Source: Ptychomitrium polyphyllum
Taxonomy: Eukaryota
Assembly (NCBI GenBank): GCA_973851085.1
Contig: OZ316776.1
Span: forward strand, 3,286,001-3,350,000
Length of the DNA stretch: 64,000 nt
Reading direction: 5' to 3'
This document shows, one piece after another, positions 50,899 through 64,000 of this stretch. The notes under the pieces are model-generated. The model had not been told where the DNA came from, ran no database searches, and was given only the letters and a program-made list of their open reading frames with translations. The position numbers and the translations under genes are program-made. Position 1 is the stretch's first letter, and each line of letters opens with the position of its first letter.

Positions 50899-52642
50899 AA
50901 CCCCTGCTATAAGTACTATACAAGAGCAGCATGCTGTTGATTATATCATGATTGGATCTACAATATCCTGTGCAAGCTAAGAGTCACTACCTCAGTATGT
51001 TTGACCTAATGTGCTGCTGCTACAGCAGATCAGTTAATGTTTCTCGCTTACCTAGCTGCAAGGCGGAACAACTTGTGAGTCACGCATTTCAATGAATCCT
51101 ACATAATCCAGGAAGAATATTGGTCACATGGTGTTTGTGAATTTAGTCAAAGAATATTTATCTTCGTCACGACATTCGTGCCAGTTTGTACAATAATCTG
51201 AAAAAAAACCAAGGACTCGTACTTAATTTCCCCGACAAGAATAAAGGTTAATTACCCTTTCCAGCAAGGTTTCTAAAAAAAGAATACAATACTTCTCAGC
51301 CACTTACGGCCAGGACAAAGCATTGGTACGAGACAAAAATCTCACACTCCATTGTGAAAGTTCAACGTCTTAACTATGAGAGAAGATGCCAAAGAAATCT
51401 TAAAAACAAACCAAAACACTAGAGACCCGAGGGAACTAACGGTGATTACTGTAGAGACCTAAATAGAGCGCTGGACGATACCATCCAGTTGGACTTCACA
51501 ATTTTACACCATTTTGGAATCAAAACCAACCCGAAACAGAGGTTTAACAGCATTCTGGCAATTCGGAGACCTAAGTTTTCTGTAGATTTCATCATGCAAG
51601 ATCGTTCAACGCCATGAATCGGGGAACAATAAAAGCACTGCGTCATAATGTGGCGTCAAAAGTAATGACAGTGGTTTCTAATCCTCCCAGTTTGGATGCG
51701 ACTTTGACCCGAATTACACTTCACTCTGTAGATGCATGCTTTTTCACTTGCGTGTTGATAGGAATACAGAATCGTGAACAGAGTCCAGTTCATAGGTCCG
51801 AGCAGTGGAAATTGATCTTTAGCAATCATGTATAAAATGATCTCACTCATTGTCAAAAAGACGTGTGAAGTTCTTAGTTTCATTCGACAAGCCTCAGTGA
51901 ATCAAGGAGAAGAGATTTTTTGGTGCTCGGTTACTATTTCGATACCAACTAGACTCACGTGGTTTGTGTTCTCACCGTTATACAGAGTCCATGCAGATGG
52001 CTGCATTAAGAAAATCCTTGGAAATGTCACAAAAGTCGTAAATTTTGCCAATGGGCCTAATATTAGCATCGCATTATGAGGACGCCGATTGGCGGCGGTA
52101 TTTCGTTAGTTTCTGGTCCGCCAAGATTGCGAAACCACCTATATAGCCTATAGATTCTGGAGTTGAAAAACAACTGCATTCGGGACCTCAATTGACGAGT
52201 CTTGCAAAACGTTCCAGTAGCGCTGCATTAATTTTATTGAAAGTACCGATTGCGCTGGACTGATACTTGCTTTGTTACGTCTCTCAAGCCATACATAAAT
52301 CAGTCGAGATCCAGGGTTAATAGCGCACAGCATGTGCAACACAATCACAGAACATATGTAGCTCCTGGATTGATCTACCTGACTACAAATTACTACCACT
52401 GCGTATCATCAATATTTTAAGTAATTGACTATCTGGCTCAAGTATCATGATGTATTCCAAAGTCGTCATTACAATATCAACTTCGTTCACAAGAAATAGG
52501 ACCAAAACCAACCTAACACTTCGAGTCCATCATGAAAGTATATAACTGAAATTACATAAGATTGAACGAGGTTCTTCTAGCTTAGATAATGTAGAACCCT
52601 AATAACTGAATGAGTAGCTTCATGATGTTGTATATGATCTAA

Positions 52643-54887
52643 TTAGCCATGCAGCGTACTGCATTTACACAGCTTCCGAGAGCAAGTGGCGGTCTTCCAA
52701 AGACAGGTAAAGGAGGTGGTCTGATCTTTCCACATTAAATTGACGCAATTCGTGCCCAGCAGAGAGTATGAAACGCTCCAGTGCTCCGCATCGTTTCTTT
52801 GCAGCAGCAGTTGTACCGCCTTTTTGGTGTCCTCGCTGATGCTCACGGGCATGAAACCTGCTCGCCGGATTCGCTTAATCCACGATTCCTGACGATCGTT
52901 CCGCTCGATCCGCTCACGCCCTTCGCATGCGATCGCGTTCAGCATGATCATCGATCCCTCGTACTCCACGATTCCGCGCGCGTCTGGCTCCCTCCCCTTG
53001 AATGATAAGTCCATGGATTCGTAGAACAACCACCAAAAGCGAATCGCTTCCTTGAACCGGATGAGAAAGTCGTCCGAGAGCATGTCCACGTCGTTCTCGC
53101 TTACCACGAACACACTCGGCTTCAATGAGTGAATAAACTCCAGAAATTCATCTCTAGGTGAGCGTGGTAGAGAGGAAGAGCTATGACGAGCTCGAGGTGG
53201 CACCACGTTGGATAGTCTGTGTAATCTATATTGACAGCAAACCGCCAAAGTCTGCTTGCAAATGGACAGAATTTAACATATTCAAAATTCGATCTCCCCC
53301 AGCACGACAATGCGATATGGAAATTGAAATTGATCAACAGAGGGGCGCGAAGTAGGATTTCGGGTTTACCTCTTCCTCTACAAGTTTAAGGTCTTCTTCT
53401 TTAAAACACTCTAGGGGACCAGCATACATGTTGAGCTCGCAATTGAGACCAAGCACCTTGGCAAACGTAACCAACCGGCGCATGAATTCTGCAGATTCTG
53501 CTTCCACTTGGTCATTGTGTGTATACGGCGCCCAATTATTGTGATGTCGAATAGTCGTGATTCTCAGCTTCATTGGAGGTCCGCCAGGGCGATTAGAGAG
53601 CGCGTCGATGAGGGTAGGCCATTGCAAACCTTTCATGACGCCAACATCTACAATGTGCAAGTGGTTCTTCCCCGCAAATGCGTCCATGAGCACCTCGTTC
53701 GTCACCGTGTACGCAATTTGGTGCCATGGGTTGAACTCGTGGAATGTCACGAGCGCCTTATGCACTGCCTTTGGGCCCAATGTCTTCTCTTGATGAAGAA
53801 ACGGTCTTGTCCACGTCGCCTCTGCCTCCTTGCCCTGCGTAATTCTGCAGAAGAGTGCCTTGAGGCCGTAGGCTGCCAAGCGCTCGTTGCCGTCACCCGT
53901 GAACGAAGCTAACTCGTTCAACACCCACATGAGGTGCTCAGTTCGGGGAACATTGTGATCTGCTATTGCGCCTGCGCACAGATTGAGTAGCTGCTCAGCC
54001 CAGCGAGAGCCTCCCGATTGCACAAGCCGTTGAATGGGTTGCAGAATATCTCGCGGGCCCGATTTTACAAACATCATCTTGTCTCTGTCTTCTCGCATCT
54101 TTGCATCGTCTGGAATTATGAATGTCGAATTTCCCTTATGGCACCACGCGTGCGTCATCTTCTTCCTTGCAACTCGACCTGACCCCGGTCCAATTGGCGG
54201 TTGCAAAATCCCGCCGTACTGCATTGAAAACTCCACCATATTCTGTGGATAGGTACTCAAGCTGATCTTCTTGTAAGCTGCATGAGACTTTGGAACGACC
54301 TCCTGTCTTTCTACGTCGGATTTGACGTCGTCTCCTTGCAACTTCGAACTCCTAACACTGTCGGACAAAATCTCGATTGCGCGCACCATGGAGTCCACCT
54401 CGTAGCTCGTGTCATTGGGGTGCCGCTCATCTATTAGGTCCCTCCGGAACTCTGCTGGTGAGTCCTTCGGCGACCAGGTGTCAATGTAAGCAGCAGCTTC
54501 TTTACTGGTTAGAGGAATTTGCAGCATCTCGGCAGAATTGATGGTGTTCACAGATGGCTCATCAGCACCAATAGGTTTGTTATATCCAACATAGTAAGGG
54601 ACGCCTTGAGTAAGGACGAGGGGTTCTTCAATCACTGACCAAGGATTGTATACATTCTGAGTGGGTTCATTGTCAAGTTGAGCATTAAGGACCGCCGCTT
54701 CATGAGATCCGACCAAATCAATGGCACCATCGAACCATTGTGTGAGATCGCTGTTTCCCCATTCTTGCTGATGCTCAATCCGCAGCAATGAGCTCCCACC
54801 GGAGGTATTAATCACTGGCGGAACGCCGAAGAGTTCGTCGTCTGCCATAAAGTTTTCCGCAGATGCCTCATCCATGAGAGCTTTCAT
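52643..54887 (-). CDS. NSP1: GRAS transcription factor, NSP1-like (SHR branch); intron 53369-53252
   Basis: RWAEQLLN.CA.AI...N..R..HL..VL.ELAS.TGD.N.RLAA.GL, LHIVDVGV..G.QWPTLI.ALS.RPGGPP, VCCQYRLH, SFKGRE and L.WK.Q..SF..LWK match recalled NSP1 motifs better than SHR. A phase-0 GT-AG intron joins the two ORFs. Confidence 0.78.
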
Positions 54888-57446
54888 CGCGAAACTTTGC
54901 CTGAATGCAGAATTTCACAGTAATTCAGCAAATTGTACATCAGCATGTGCAGTAGCACCGTCCCGTTCACATCGCGTCATCCAAGTGCAAAGTGGAGCCT
55001 TTACTGCCATGGTGACGACAGAATATATGTCAATAGTTCATGCACAGGATACCAGGATTAGTTCACCATATGATTCCTTGAGATGCTTCACCTTCTCACA
55101 AGAACGTAAAGAGCTTTCAATACTCTAAAAGTTCCAGAACATCTCCTTCTGAATTCATTCAAGGCTGACCGTATTCTACAGATTCAGCCTCTTCGTCAGC
55201 ACCAGGCGCATACCACTGATCACCTCCATTAAAGCTCTCATAAATGGAACCTAGGCTAATCTTAAGTACTCAAATGACTCTCACGACTTCAAGAGTTTTG
55301 AGAATTGGGGAATAAAACGTGTGACCCCAATAATCTACTCAATCGAGAATTAGCCGGCACTGTAGTCAAACACTCATCAATGAACACTGATGAGAGATAA
55401 TTCTGTGACTACTGGAAATACTTGAGGCACTAGCACTATTTGCAAACTAGGACAATAAAGGACTGGCAGAGTGAATAACGTTGTTCCAAGTCCTACTCAA
55501 TGCCGGACTTGGAAGTAAGGAAAGTATCTAGCAGGATGAGGTTACAGCTCATCAAACGTTGTACTCAAAGACAGAAATGATGCAATCACCTGCATCATAT
55601 GGCCAAACTGATAAATAGAGAACTTGGAGTTCAAGAATCAAGCTCGAGCTTAAGCGTCACTGTCGCAATAACAACTTGACCATTCTCTCGACGGGTATTC
55701 AGCTTCAGCACAAACAGCCACAATTCCGATCTTAAGTGTTGTGGTGACGTCGTTTAGTAAGATAAGACCAAAAAGGCAGTTAACTAGAAGGTTAATCACA
55801 TTGCATTTCCGCCTCCACAATCCACACCAGCCTCCAATGGCGGTACGCTCTCTCAAAACCGCATGCTCATTCATCAACTACCTCAATACCTTTTCAAATC
55901 CATAAACAACCTCCTCACTACAACCCTCGTCTTTATTACATTGCACCGCGAAATTAAACTACTATCAAACTCTTCCCCTGCCCACACACACCTCTATTCC
56001 TTTCATAGGTTTCCCTCTCCTTCTCACACCTCCCCTACGCAAGCCTAAGTTCCAACAGAAAAAAGAATAAAAATAACACTACAGGCTATGTCACTCGCGA
56101 TCGATCATGAATACAATGCTGACGAAACCAAACGATTCTTGGAATGCATGCTCAAGAGCGTTGAAGCCTCAAGAAAGCTCGACCGCCCAGTAGGAGACCT
56201 CCACACACTAGCATCAATGACCTTAACTGCACTCTCGCGAGTTAATTTGCCACACTTCTTCAACCAACGTCAACATCAACGTCGTGATTGGAACCACAAA
56301 ACAAAGTCATCACGAATAAACTGAGCCATGGAAAGATTGAAAGAGCGAGACAAATGCGGCATCTGTCTGAGTCCTTTCGAGCGGCGAAGCGACAAATGGC
56401 TCGCCGGCACGGCTCCGCAGCTGAGCCGGCCACGCTCGCACAAGAGGTCCTCTCTCCTCTCGTCTATCGCGCGATTTTTCAGTGCGTTTCGAAGCAACCG
56501 AGAACCAAACACGCGAGCCTCGTCTGTAACGGCGTTGCAACGATCCTCGATCACGTCATGCCTCAGATTGGCCATTGCGACAGCCTGCCGCTACCATCAC
56601 AGCAACTAACGAACCTTCACACCAAAACTCCACACCCCACACACTTCAAAAGGTCGACGACGATACCTGGCCCAAACATCAGGCGGGTATCGGAACAGTA
56701 TATAGGGGGTAGAAAACGGGTATAACAAGAGTACCACCTTATTATCGACCACGACTTTGACAGAGAATCGCCAACTAATCGGTGAGCTGATTCGCGCGTG
56801 GTTACAAATAGCCACGGCGGGCAACCAAATCGCGGGTTTGATCTTGGCCTGTATGGAGTCCTTGATGTCACGGGCCTGTCACGGGTCACAGCGGGGATTT
56901 TGAAAATATTCGGTAACAGTTGTGCTCCGGGAGTTCACTGAAAGTACGACTGTCACCATTCACAGCGGTGAAGCTGCACTAGCGAGGCGGCAGCTGGGCA
57001 ACCGTGGAGTCGACGTTACTGCTCAGGATCCCAGTGCGGCGTTAGGCGAGAGGAAATGGGTACAGTTAGACCTGGATGCCTGTCACAGTGCTCCCACTGC
57101 CCAGGCATGATGCCATTGTGCTCCTGTGGTGGCTTGGGCGCTGTTCATGCTGCGTTGGTTTGATTCCGTCGGACAATAGTTGTAATTTTGTGAAAGCTCA
57201 GGAGCTGCATTAAATGAGTGCGAGCCATGCAGCGAGCACTGTGTTTGTTATGATAACATCATCTTTCTAATTGTGTTTCAAATGATGGTTTGGGTTGTTA
57301 ACCCAATCACTTACTAACTGTACGTGATTGATGTCGTTTAAGTTTGTAAGACTTTTGAGTTCATTTGTGAGTTCTTATGACTGTGTGTTAATTGTGCTTT
57401 TAGGTCTATGTACGTATTACAAAAGGAAACCTTATAGTTCTTATAT

Positions 57447-57470
57447 GGATGTGGATGTGGATGTGGATGT
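57447..57470. repeat. (GGATGT)4 microsatellite
   Basis: Direct reading. Confidence 0.85.
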
Positions 57471-59330
57471 GTGTCTATAAATTTATTTATTTTTTAATTC
57501 TTTTTGTATAAATCGTATAAAAATATGTGTTACATGGAATCACATCAAAGATGTGATATTGGCCATACTTGTTTTATGGTTAGTTGAAGCCAGTAAGTTA
57601 ACACTAGTTGATAATATGTGAATGTAGCAAGAGTAGCAACAAGTAATTTTCCATTTACATTTTTGTGTTAATGAATATTAGTATGTAGAATTGTTTTAAA
57701 CTAATAAGTTTCTTATTATTTGAAGAACTCTTTAAGATCTAGCATTTTAACAAGATGTATCATAAAATTAAACTTCAAAGCCAAGTAGGCATGTAATAAC
57801 AAGTTTTGTAAAATTATATCTTAGAAACTATATTATATAGTTCAATTTAATTTAACTATCATTAAAAATATATATATCATAATTTTAAACTCAAAAATGA
57901 ATATTAAAAGAAGTATTGATAGTTTCTAATTTAATATTCTTTTAATGAATTTTAAAGATGGATCTTCTACCTTTTGAAACTTAAAATTAACTAAAGGATT
58001 CAATTAAAGACTTTATTTTTAATAGCTCAATTTTTCAACTTAAAATTTTATATTTTTTCAATCAACCTATTTCCAACGTATTGTTTATAAAATATCAATA
58101 CAATTTTATTGCAAATTTTTTACTTTTTCAATTGTTAATTAATTAAATAAAATGCCATAAAAGAATGTAATGGATATAAGTAACCATCAACACTGGCAAA
58201 CGAAATAGTTTAGATCTATTATTCATCAAGAATATGGATATTTTAACAATATTGGATTAAATATAAATCTTATATTGTCCTACAAATAAAATAAGAATCA
58301 AACAAAAACCAAATTGCAACAAATAAGAATTTGTAAAATGAATCTATTATGAGTATATGAATAATATGTTAGATTTGGATTTGTAAATAGTTTAAAAAAT
58401 AATTCTTTCCATTATTTAATAAAATCATAATAATAAATATTATCTTTTTAATTTAAAGTAAATCTTTTATTTGGTGATTCTAAAAAAATAATTCAATGCC
58501 AATGAAGATATCTTCATTAAATTTTTCTTAATTTTGTTATATCTTATAATGTATTCAATTTAATGCATGTTATTTGTTTTGTAATTTTTTTTCAACTTTG
58601 TTTTTTTATCATTGTCAATTTTAAATTAGATCTTTGTTTAAATTAAATCTTTGTTTAAATTGTGAACTTAGTATGCAATGGTTGATTACTTGCAAACTTT
58701 TTATATAATTGAATGAAAATGGCATATTACATGGCATGATGGCAATAATATTTATATTCCAAATGTTTTGTACAACTATTTGGTCTTCAACTTACTCTTT
58801 AAATGTCTAAAAAGTCATTGTTCCATAATTCATCATCTATAAAAAAACTTATTATCCATATTAATTCCTCAAAGGAAAACGAGGTTATTAGTCTTCTTTT
58901 CCAAAGGAACTACATTAATAATGGCCATTTTTATGTAAACATTAAAGAAGTCATTTTTGAAGTATACTTTTTCCAAACATCTTATAATGTTATATTATTT
59001 CTAAAATAATGCATTAAGACACTTTTCAAAACAACATAACACAAAATATAGTCCATAAATCCAATTTTTAATTCACAAAAATGTAAGACATGCTTATACA
59101 TATCATAATTAGGAAGGATCTGCCTTCTTCTTCCTCTACAATGCCATGAATTACCTTCCAAATTTGAAGTTGTTAAAAAATCAGAAACTGAAATGACAGA
59201 ATTATCGTTCTAACAAAGACAAGGACCTGGGCGTATTAAAATATTATACAAATTTAAAGGAAGTAAACAACCCAATCCCATCGCCACATGGACCCCACCA
59301 GCAAAAGCAAATCCATAGGCAGATCCAAGA

Positions 59331-59342
59331 ATGGCCACGTCA
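59331..59342 (-). promoter_or_regulatory. Putative unfolded-protein-response element (TGACGTGG) upstream of P58IPK
   Basis: ATGGCCACGTCA on the plus strand resembles the plant UPRE ATTGGTCCACGTCA. A second CCACGTGG lies at ~59442. Both are upstream of an ER co-chaperone. Confidence 0.45.
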
Positions 59343-60129
59343 CGGCCAGACTTCAACGCTCCCCAAAGTACAATCTGTCCGAACTTCGAAGTCCCCTGAA
59401 GACCCTAAACCCCCTCCCACTGCCCACCCAACGACACACCGCCACGTGGGCTCCGCTCCCCTCCCATTGGCCATCACCTTCTGGGCCCTGTCATCACGCT
59501 CTCCACCTATCCTTACGTACGATATCAGTCAAATCCTTCACTTTACAGTTGATACCGTGACGATACTGACTTTATAATCAGTCTAAACTATTGTGATACC
59601 CTCCTTATACGTAGGCGGGTATTGGCTACCGTGGACAGTTGAGCATTTCGTTGCAAGCCTGTGGGAGCGCTTTGTTGTTGCACTTCGGCTAGCTCACTCG
59701 ATTCAATCTCGATCACTCGCACGGTGAGCTCCCCGGACCCGAGTGTCGCGGCGCTTCTACTCTCTTGCGAGGTCACCGTTTTTCTCTCTTTAACGAGCTC
59801 CGCATTGTAGATTGAGGGCGTGAATTTACTTCTTCAGCTCATCTGAAGCTCATGTGGATTTAGGGTTTCTGGTTCTTTGTTGATTGGTGTTTTGAGGTGG
59901 CGAATGTGGTGGATTGTTGTGTGCGGGTGCGGGGTGGTTGAGGGGATGGTGATGTGATGGTGAGGCGAGGGTGATCGGTTTGGAGGAGTGGGTGAGGGGT
60001 TTGCTTTGGTGGCGGAAGTGGGAGGGAGTGAGAGTTAGGGTTTAGTGGTGGAGGAAGATGAGGATGGGGAAGGAGGAGGAGCTTTGGGGCTGTTCGACGC
60101 GGGAGGTTCAGAGGAGGTGGTTTGGTGAT

Positions 60130-63100
60130 ATGGCGTACGCGTCGAGGCAATGGTCGAGTTGCTGCCAGGGGATTGTTTTATCGGGCTTGATTCTTGCCCA
60201 GGTTTTCTATGTTTTCGCATCAGATGCTGGTAAATTTCACTTCTCAGTATGTGTTATGTGCTGCATTTTGGTTGGGTGCAAGCGTAGTCTCTTTGGAGGT
60301 TTTTTATCCGGCCTGGTTGGGAGCTGTAGAGGCTACAGACCTCTGGAGATAGGTTTTTGTTTCAGTATGAAGCAATGCTAGGTACAATTTTTCATTTTCC
60401 AAGTCCTGCATCGCGATTGCTTTGCAAACTCTTCTATTTGGCGGACGAATGTTTGATAGTGGCTAATCATTTGCTACCCTGATCTTTTACTGCTCAGAGG
60501 TTAGCTCATCTGGGTCAAGTCTGTCTTTGTTGAATCCCAATTAAAATGGAAAGATTAAGTAGGAAGTTGAATTTGGCTTATGGGGCGTTTTACTTTAGCC
60601 GTACCAGTTTGAAGCCTGATTTTGAGTTGTTTGGTATGGCAGCATCTTATTTGCAGGCTGGAGATGCTTCATTAGCTAAAGGAGATTATACCATTGCGCT
60701 AAAACAATACAGCAAATTCATTGGTGAGCAGAAAGTTTGGGCTGCAGAGGTTTAACACAATTGAAACTAGGGTTTGTGAGAGCTGCGAACGAAAATTTTC
60801 TGCTTTGCCCTGTTTTATTTGCTTGCAATCAAATTCAACGACTCATGAGCCGAGGGGTTTCATTATGCCTTTGCAGAGCTGGATTCAACAGCACCATTAG
60901 GGTTTACCAAAAGGTCAGCTGTCTACCTACAGCAACGCAAGTACCGGGAGGCTTTGGCAGATCTAGATAGGGCTCTATCTGTGGACTCAACATTCTTTCA
61001 AGGCTACTTGAACAGAGGGCGGCTTTTGCGTCAAATGTGCCGGTAAGAACTGACGTACATTTGACCATCGATGAATGTATGGTTGCTTGATTTCTTCTGT
61101 TGCTTAGCGGCTGCAACAGCTCGTGACCTATGCTCTGAACTCGACGATTGTTGATAACTATAGATTTAAGGAAGCAAACAAAGATTTTCAAATGGTTTTG
61201 GAGCTGAAGCCTGGGCACTCTAACGGGCGAAAAGAGCTAGAGCAGTCTGCTCGTGCCGGAGCTTTACTAGAACAAGCGATTGCACGATTTGATGCAGAGG
61301 AATTCGACCAGGCTGCAGAGGCCTTGGAGAAAGTTTTGGACGTATCTTCAGAGTGTGCTCAGGTATATATACATCCGTATTCGTGGCTTTTCTTGCATCG
61401 TATAGTGAGCATGGTGTTAAACGATGTTTAGTCTTGCGTTCTAGTGCACTCTGTTTCTTTGGACAAGGGGCTTGAGGTTCAAGCTAACTTTTTAATTTCG
61501 AGCACTCACAGTGTGATGGCATATTAACTGAGGTAGTGGTCTCTTAGGAGCAAGTTATACGTAAGTTTTGGGTACCGTAACTCCTGTCTGCATTTGAGGT
61601 TGTCATGAATGGATCTATTTTCCTAGACAGCATTGACCCAGATCTATATCAGTTATGTGTTTATCGAGTGGCGCAATCCACTGTAGCGGTCTGCAATTAT
61701 TCTTGTGGCGATTCAAGAATAATTGTGGGCAGTTCAATTTTGAGGTTTATTTAGTACTGGAAGTCTCTAATCCTGATTACTTAATATGAATTGAGATGCT
61801 TCTAGTGACTTGTCTGATTGATTTCCATTTCATGGATTTGCTCTCTGCAGGCACGGCTGTTGAGAGCCAAATTGGCTTTAGAGAAGAAAGATTACAGTGA
61901 TGCCGTTGCTGAGGCAGGGCGTGTGCTGAAATTGGATGAAAGTGATTTGGATGCTTTACTTGTTCGTGGCAACGCATATTTCTATCTTGCCGATCATGAT
62001 GTTGCTCTTAGGTGCTGCTACCTTCCTCTACAGCTTTTTGATCCTCGTGTACTACTGAATTAACAGCTCAATTGATTTGAGGAGGTCTTTATTTTATAGA
62101 TTCTTCTCCTATCAATGACTTTGCAAGTCCTGCGTCCTTGTGCAGGCATTATCAGTCGGGTCTTCGATTAGATCCTGAACATGGAGAGCTCAAGAAGCAG
62201 TATTTTAAGTTGAAAATGTTGCTGAGAAAAACCAAGGCCGTATGTGACACTTCCTTTACATTGCAACTTCAGATTTTGTTGTTGTACGCTCCTTGTTCGA
62301 ATCTGTTTATAGTTGTAAAGTATTTTCCGTGGGGCTTATGGGATCAATTATTTTGATGTGTTTAGAAAACCTCTTGAGTTGTGCTCAGAATCTGTTTCAT
62401 GACATCCAATGGGCTCTTCTTTTATGTATGTCTTCCTTTTAAGATTTTAATTCGCAGATTTCAACAAAAGCTGACAATCAATAAATGGTTATGTAATCTC
62501 TAGGCTGACGAAGCAATGGAAAAGAATAAGTTCCGTACTGCAGTTGAGGCCTACCGAGCAGCTCTGGAGATTGTACCAGATCATGATCTTCACAACATCA
62601 AGCTTAATATGGGTCTTTGCAAGGCACTGGTGAAACTTGGACGCGGAAAAGATGCCGTAATGCATTGTTCTCTTGTTTTGGAAATGGATGGTGCTTCACT
62701 CGATGCATTAGAGCAGGTACTTGACATTACTGTTACAGGCATGCTATATGAATTGTTGGTCTTTAATATCTCCAATGTCAAATGATAAGATCATTGTGCA
62801 CTTTGAAACTGTATTGCATAGTAAGTATCTTGGAGGATCAATTTGACACAATTTGTAGAATCAGAGCTGTTTAGGTTGTGTGCCTGGTAGTAGAATTCTC
62901 TGCACATGTCAGGGTCCTGTTCAGGAACTTAAAGAGCTAGTAGGCATATTCTGGCACTAACGCAATATCAAAGATCTTGATAATCTGGTTTTCTCCTTGC
63001 AGAGGGCTGAAGCAAAGTTACTTGTGGAGGACTGGGAAGGAGCTGTGGCTGATTTTAAAGCTGCTATACAGCAAAATCCACAGGTGAGTGGTTGGAGGCT

Positions 63101-64000
63101 TACTTTGGAACTTTTCAATAAATTATTAGCGGGCAAGTTAGCCATTTTGAGTAATTGCAGGATATGTCTCCAATGAATAACCTAATTAGGGAATTTGAAG
63201 GGTTTGTTTATCTACATTTGCTAAGATTTGCCATATTACCTGTGAAAGCAGATGGAACTCTCAACTTTTCTCCTTACATCTGGAACCAAGATGTTATCAG
63301 GTTATATTTTTAAATTTTAATCAATTTACACACTTGACTTTTGCAGGACCATGATCTTAGGGAGGGGCTTCATAGGGCTGAGCATGCTTTGAAACTGAGC
63401 AAACGTAAGGATTGGTACAAAGTCCTGGGCTTGTCAAATACAGCATCGGCACTAGAGATTAAAAAAGCTTATAAACGACTTGCTCTTCTATGGCATCCTG
63501 ACAAGAATCAGGGTAATAAGGAGGCGGCGGAAGATAAGTTTCGTGAAGTTGCTGAGGCTTATGAGGTAAATTTACCCTTTCTTTTTCATGTGATTAACGT
63601 ATAGCATCTGCGTTTACCTTCGGAGGTGTAGGGTCTACTTCATCTTGTAAACGGACATTAAAGGTTGTCTCTGATGCCTCTGTTTGTTAGTATTTGTCAT
63701 TAAAGTTTTGGAATAATGCTGAGGAAGGTTGTCTATTTGGTCTACCTGCCTTTGAATGTTGGGTCCACGCTGAGTTGTTCCTCTGTGGGGTACTTTATGT
63801 GTGATCTGTGTTTTCTGTGGCGAAGATTAATTTGGACTCTTAGTGAACTTTGGCTGCGATTTCGCAGTAGACTCTACGATGATGGATCTTGGCATGAAAT
63901 ATGGGATATTTGCGAGCATTGATTCCGTTTATTGACGAAAAGGAATTCATGCAAGCTTTATCCTTAGACAATCTTCGAAATACATTTTTTTCTTTTTTTA
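60130..64000 (+). CDS. P58IPK: ER TPR plus J-domain co-chaperone P58IPK/DNAJC3 (3' end beyond window)
   Basis: Signal peptide, TPR exons ([47 protein letters not shown]), and a J-domain [18 protein letters not shown]. The last visible exon ends at ~63565 with a GT donor and no stop. Confidence 0.92.

Noticed and set aside
56088..57110. Overlapping ORFs up to 145 aa upstream of the GRAS gene
   Set aside because: Mostly non-ATG starts and no motifs; composition fits the 5' UTR, intron or promoter of the minus-strand gene.
60490..60505. Possible 2-nt micro-exon (CAG|AG|GTTAG) in P58IPK intron 1
   Set aside because: Exons 1 and 2 already join in frame without it.

Overview
Eukaryotic, intron-rich land-plant nuclear DNA. 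It is most likely a moss such as Physcomitrium (inference from the gene set, the GC-rich genic versus very AT-rich intergenic blocks, and the LTR family). About 13 protein-coding genes were reconstructed by hand from GT-AG junctions and frame continuity: an uncharacterised coiled-coil/multi-TM protein, RFC3 (plastid S6-like), DUF1997, APx-R/APX6, an At5g65660-like single-pass protein, intronless AP-5 mu, HMGB6/7-type, OTU7-like deubiquitinase, a plastid LEA, two tandem GDSL lipases, an NSP1-like GRAS factor and P58IPK (truncated at the window end). There is also a tRNA-Val(AAC), a degenerate U6 snRNA copy inside an APx-R intron, an LTR element reduced to LTR-PBS-LTR with a nested solo LTR, two more solo LTRs of that nested family, and 10-bp and 12-bp minisatellites at intergenic/promoter borders. 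I see no convincing new multi-gene system. The best leads are the twin-arginine signal on APx-R, the intronic U6 variant, an apparent conversion tract between solo LTRs, and the possibly SLATT-like first gene. Family names come from recalled motifs, not database searches.
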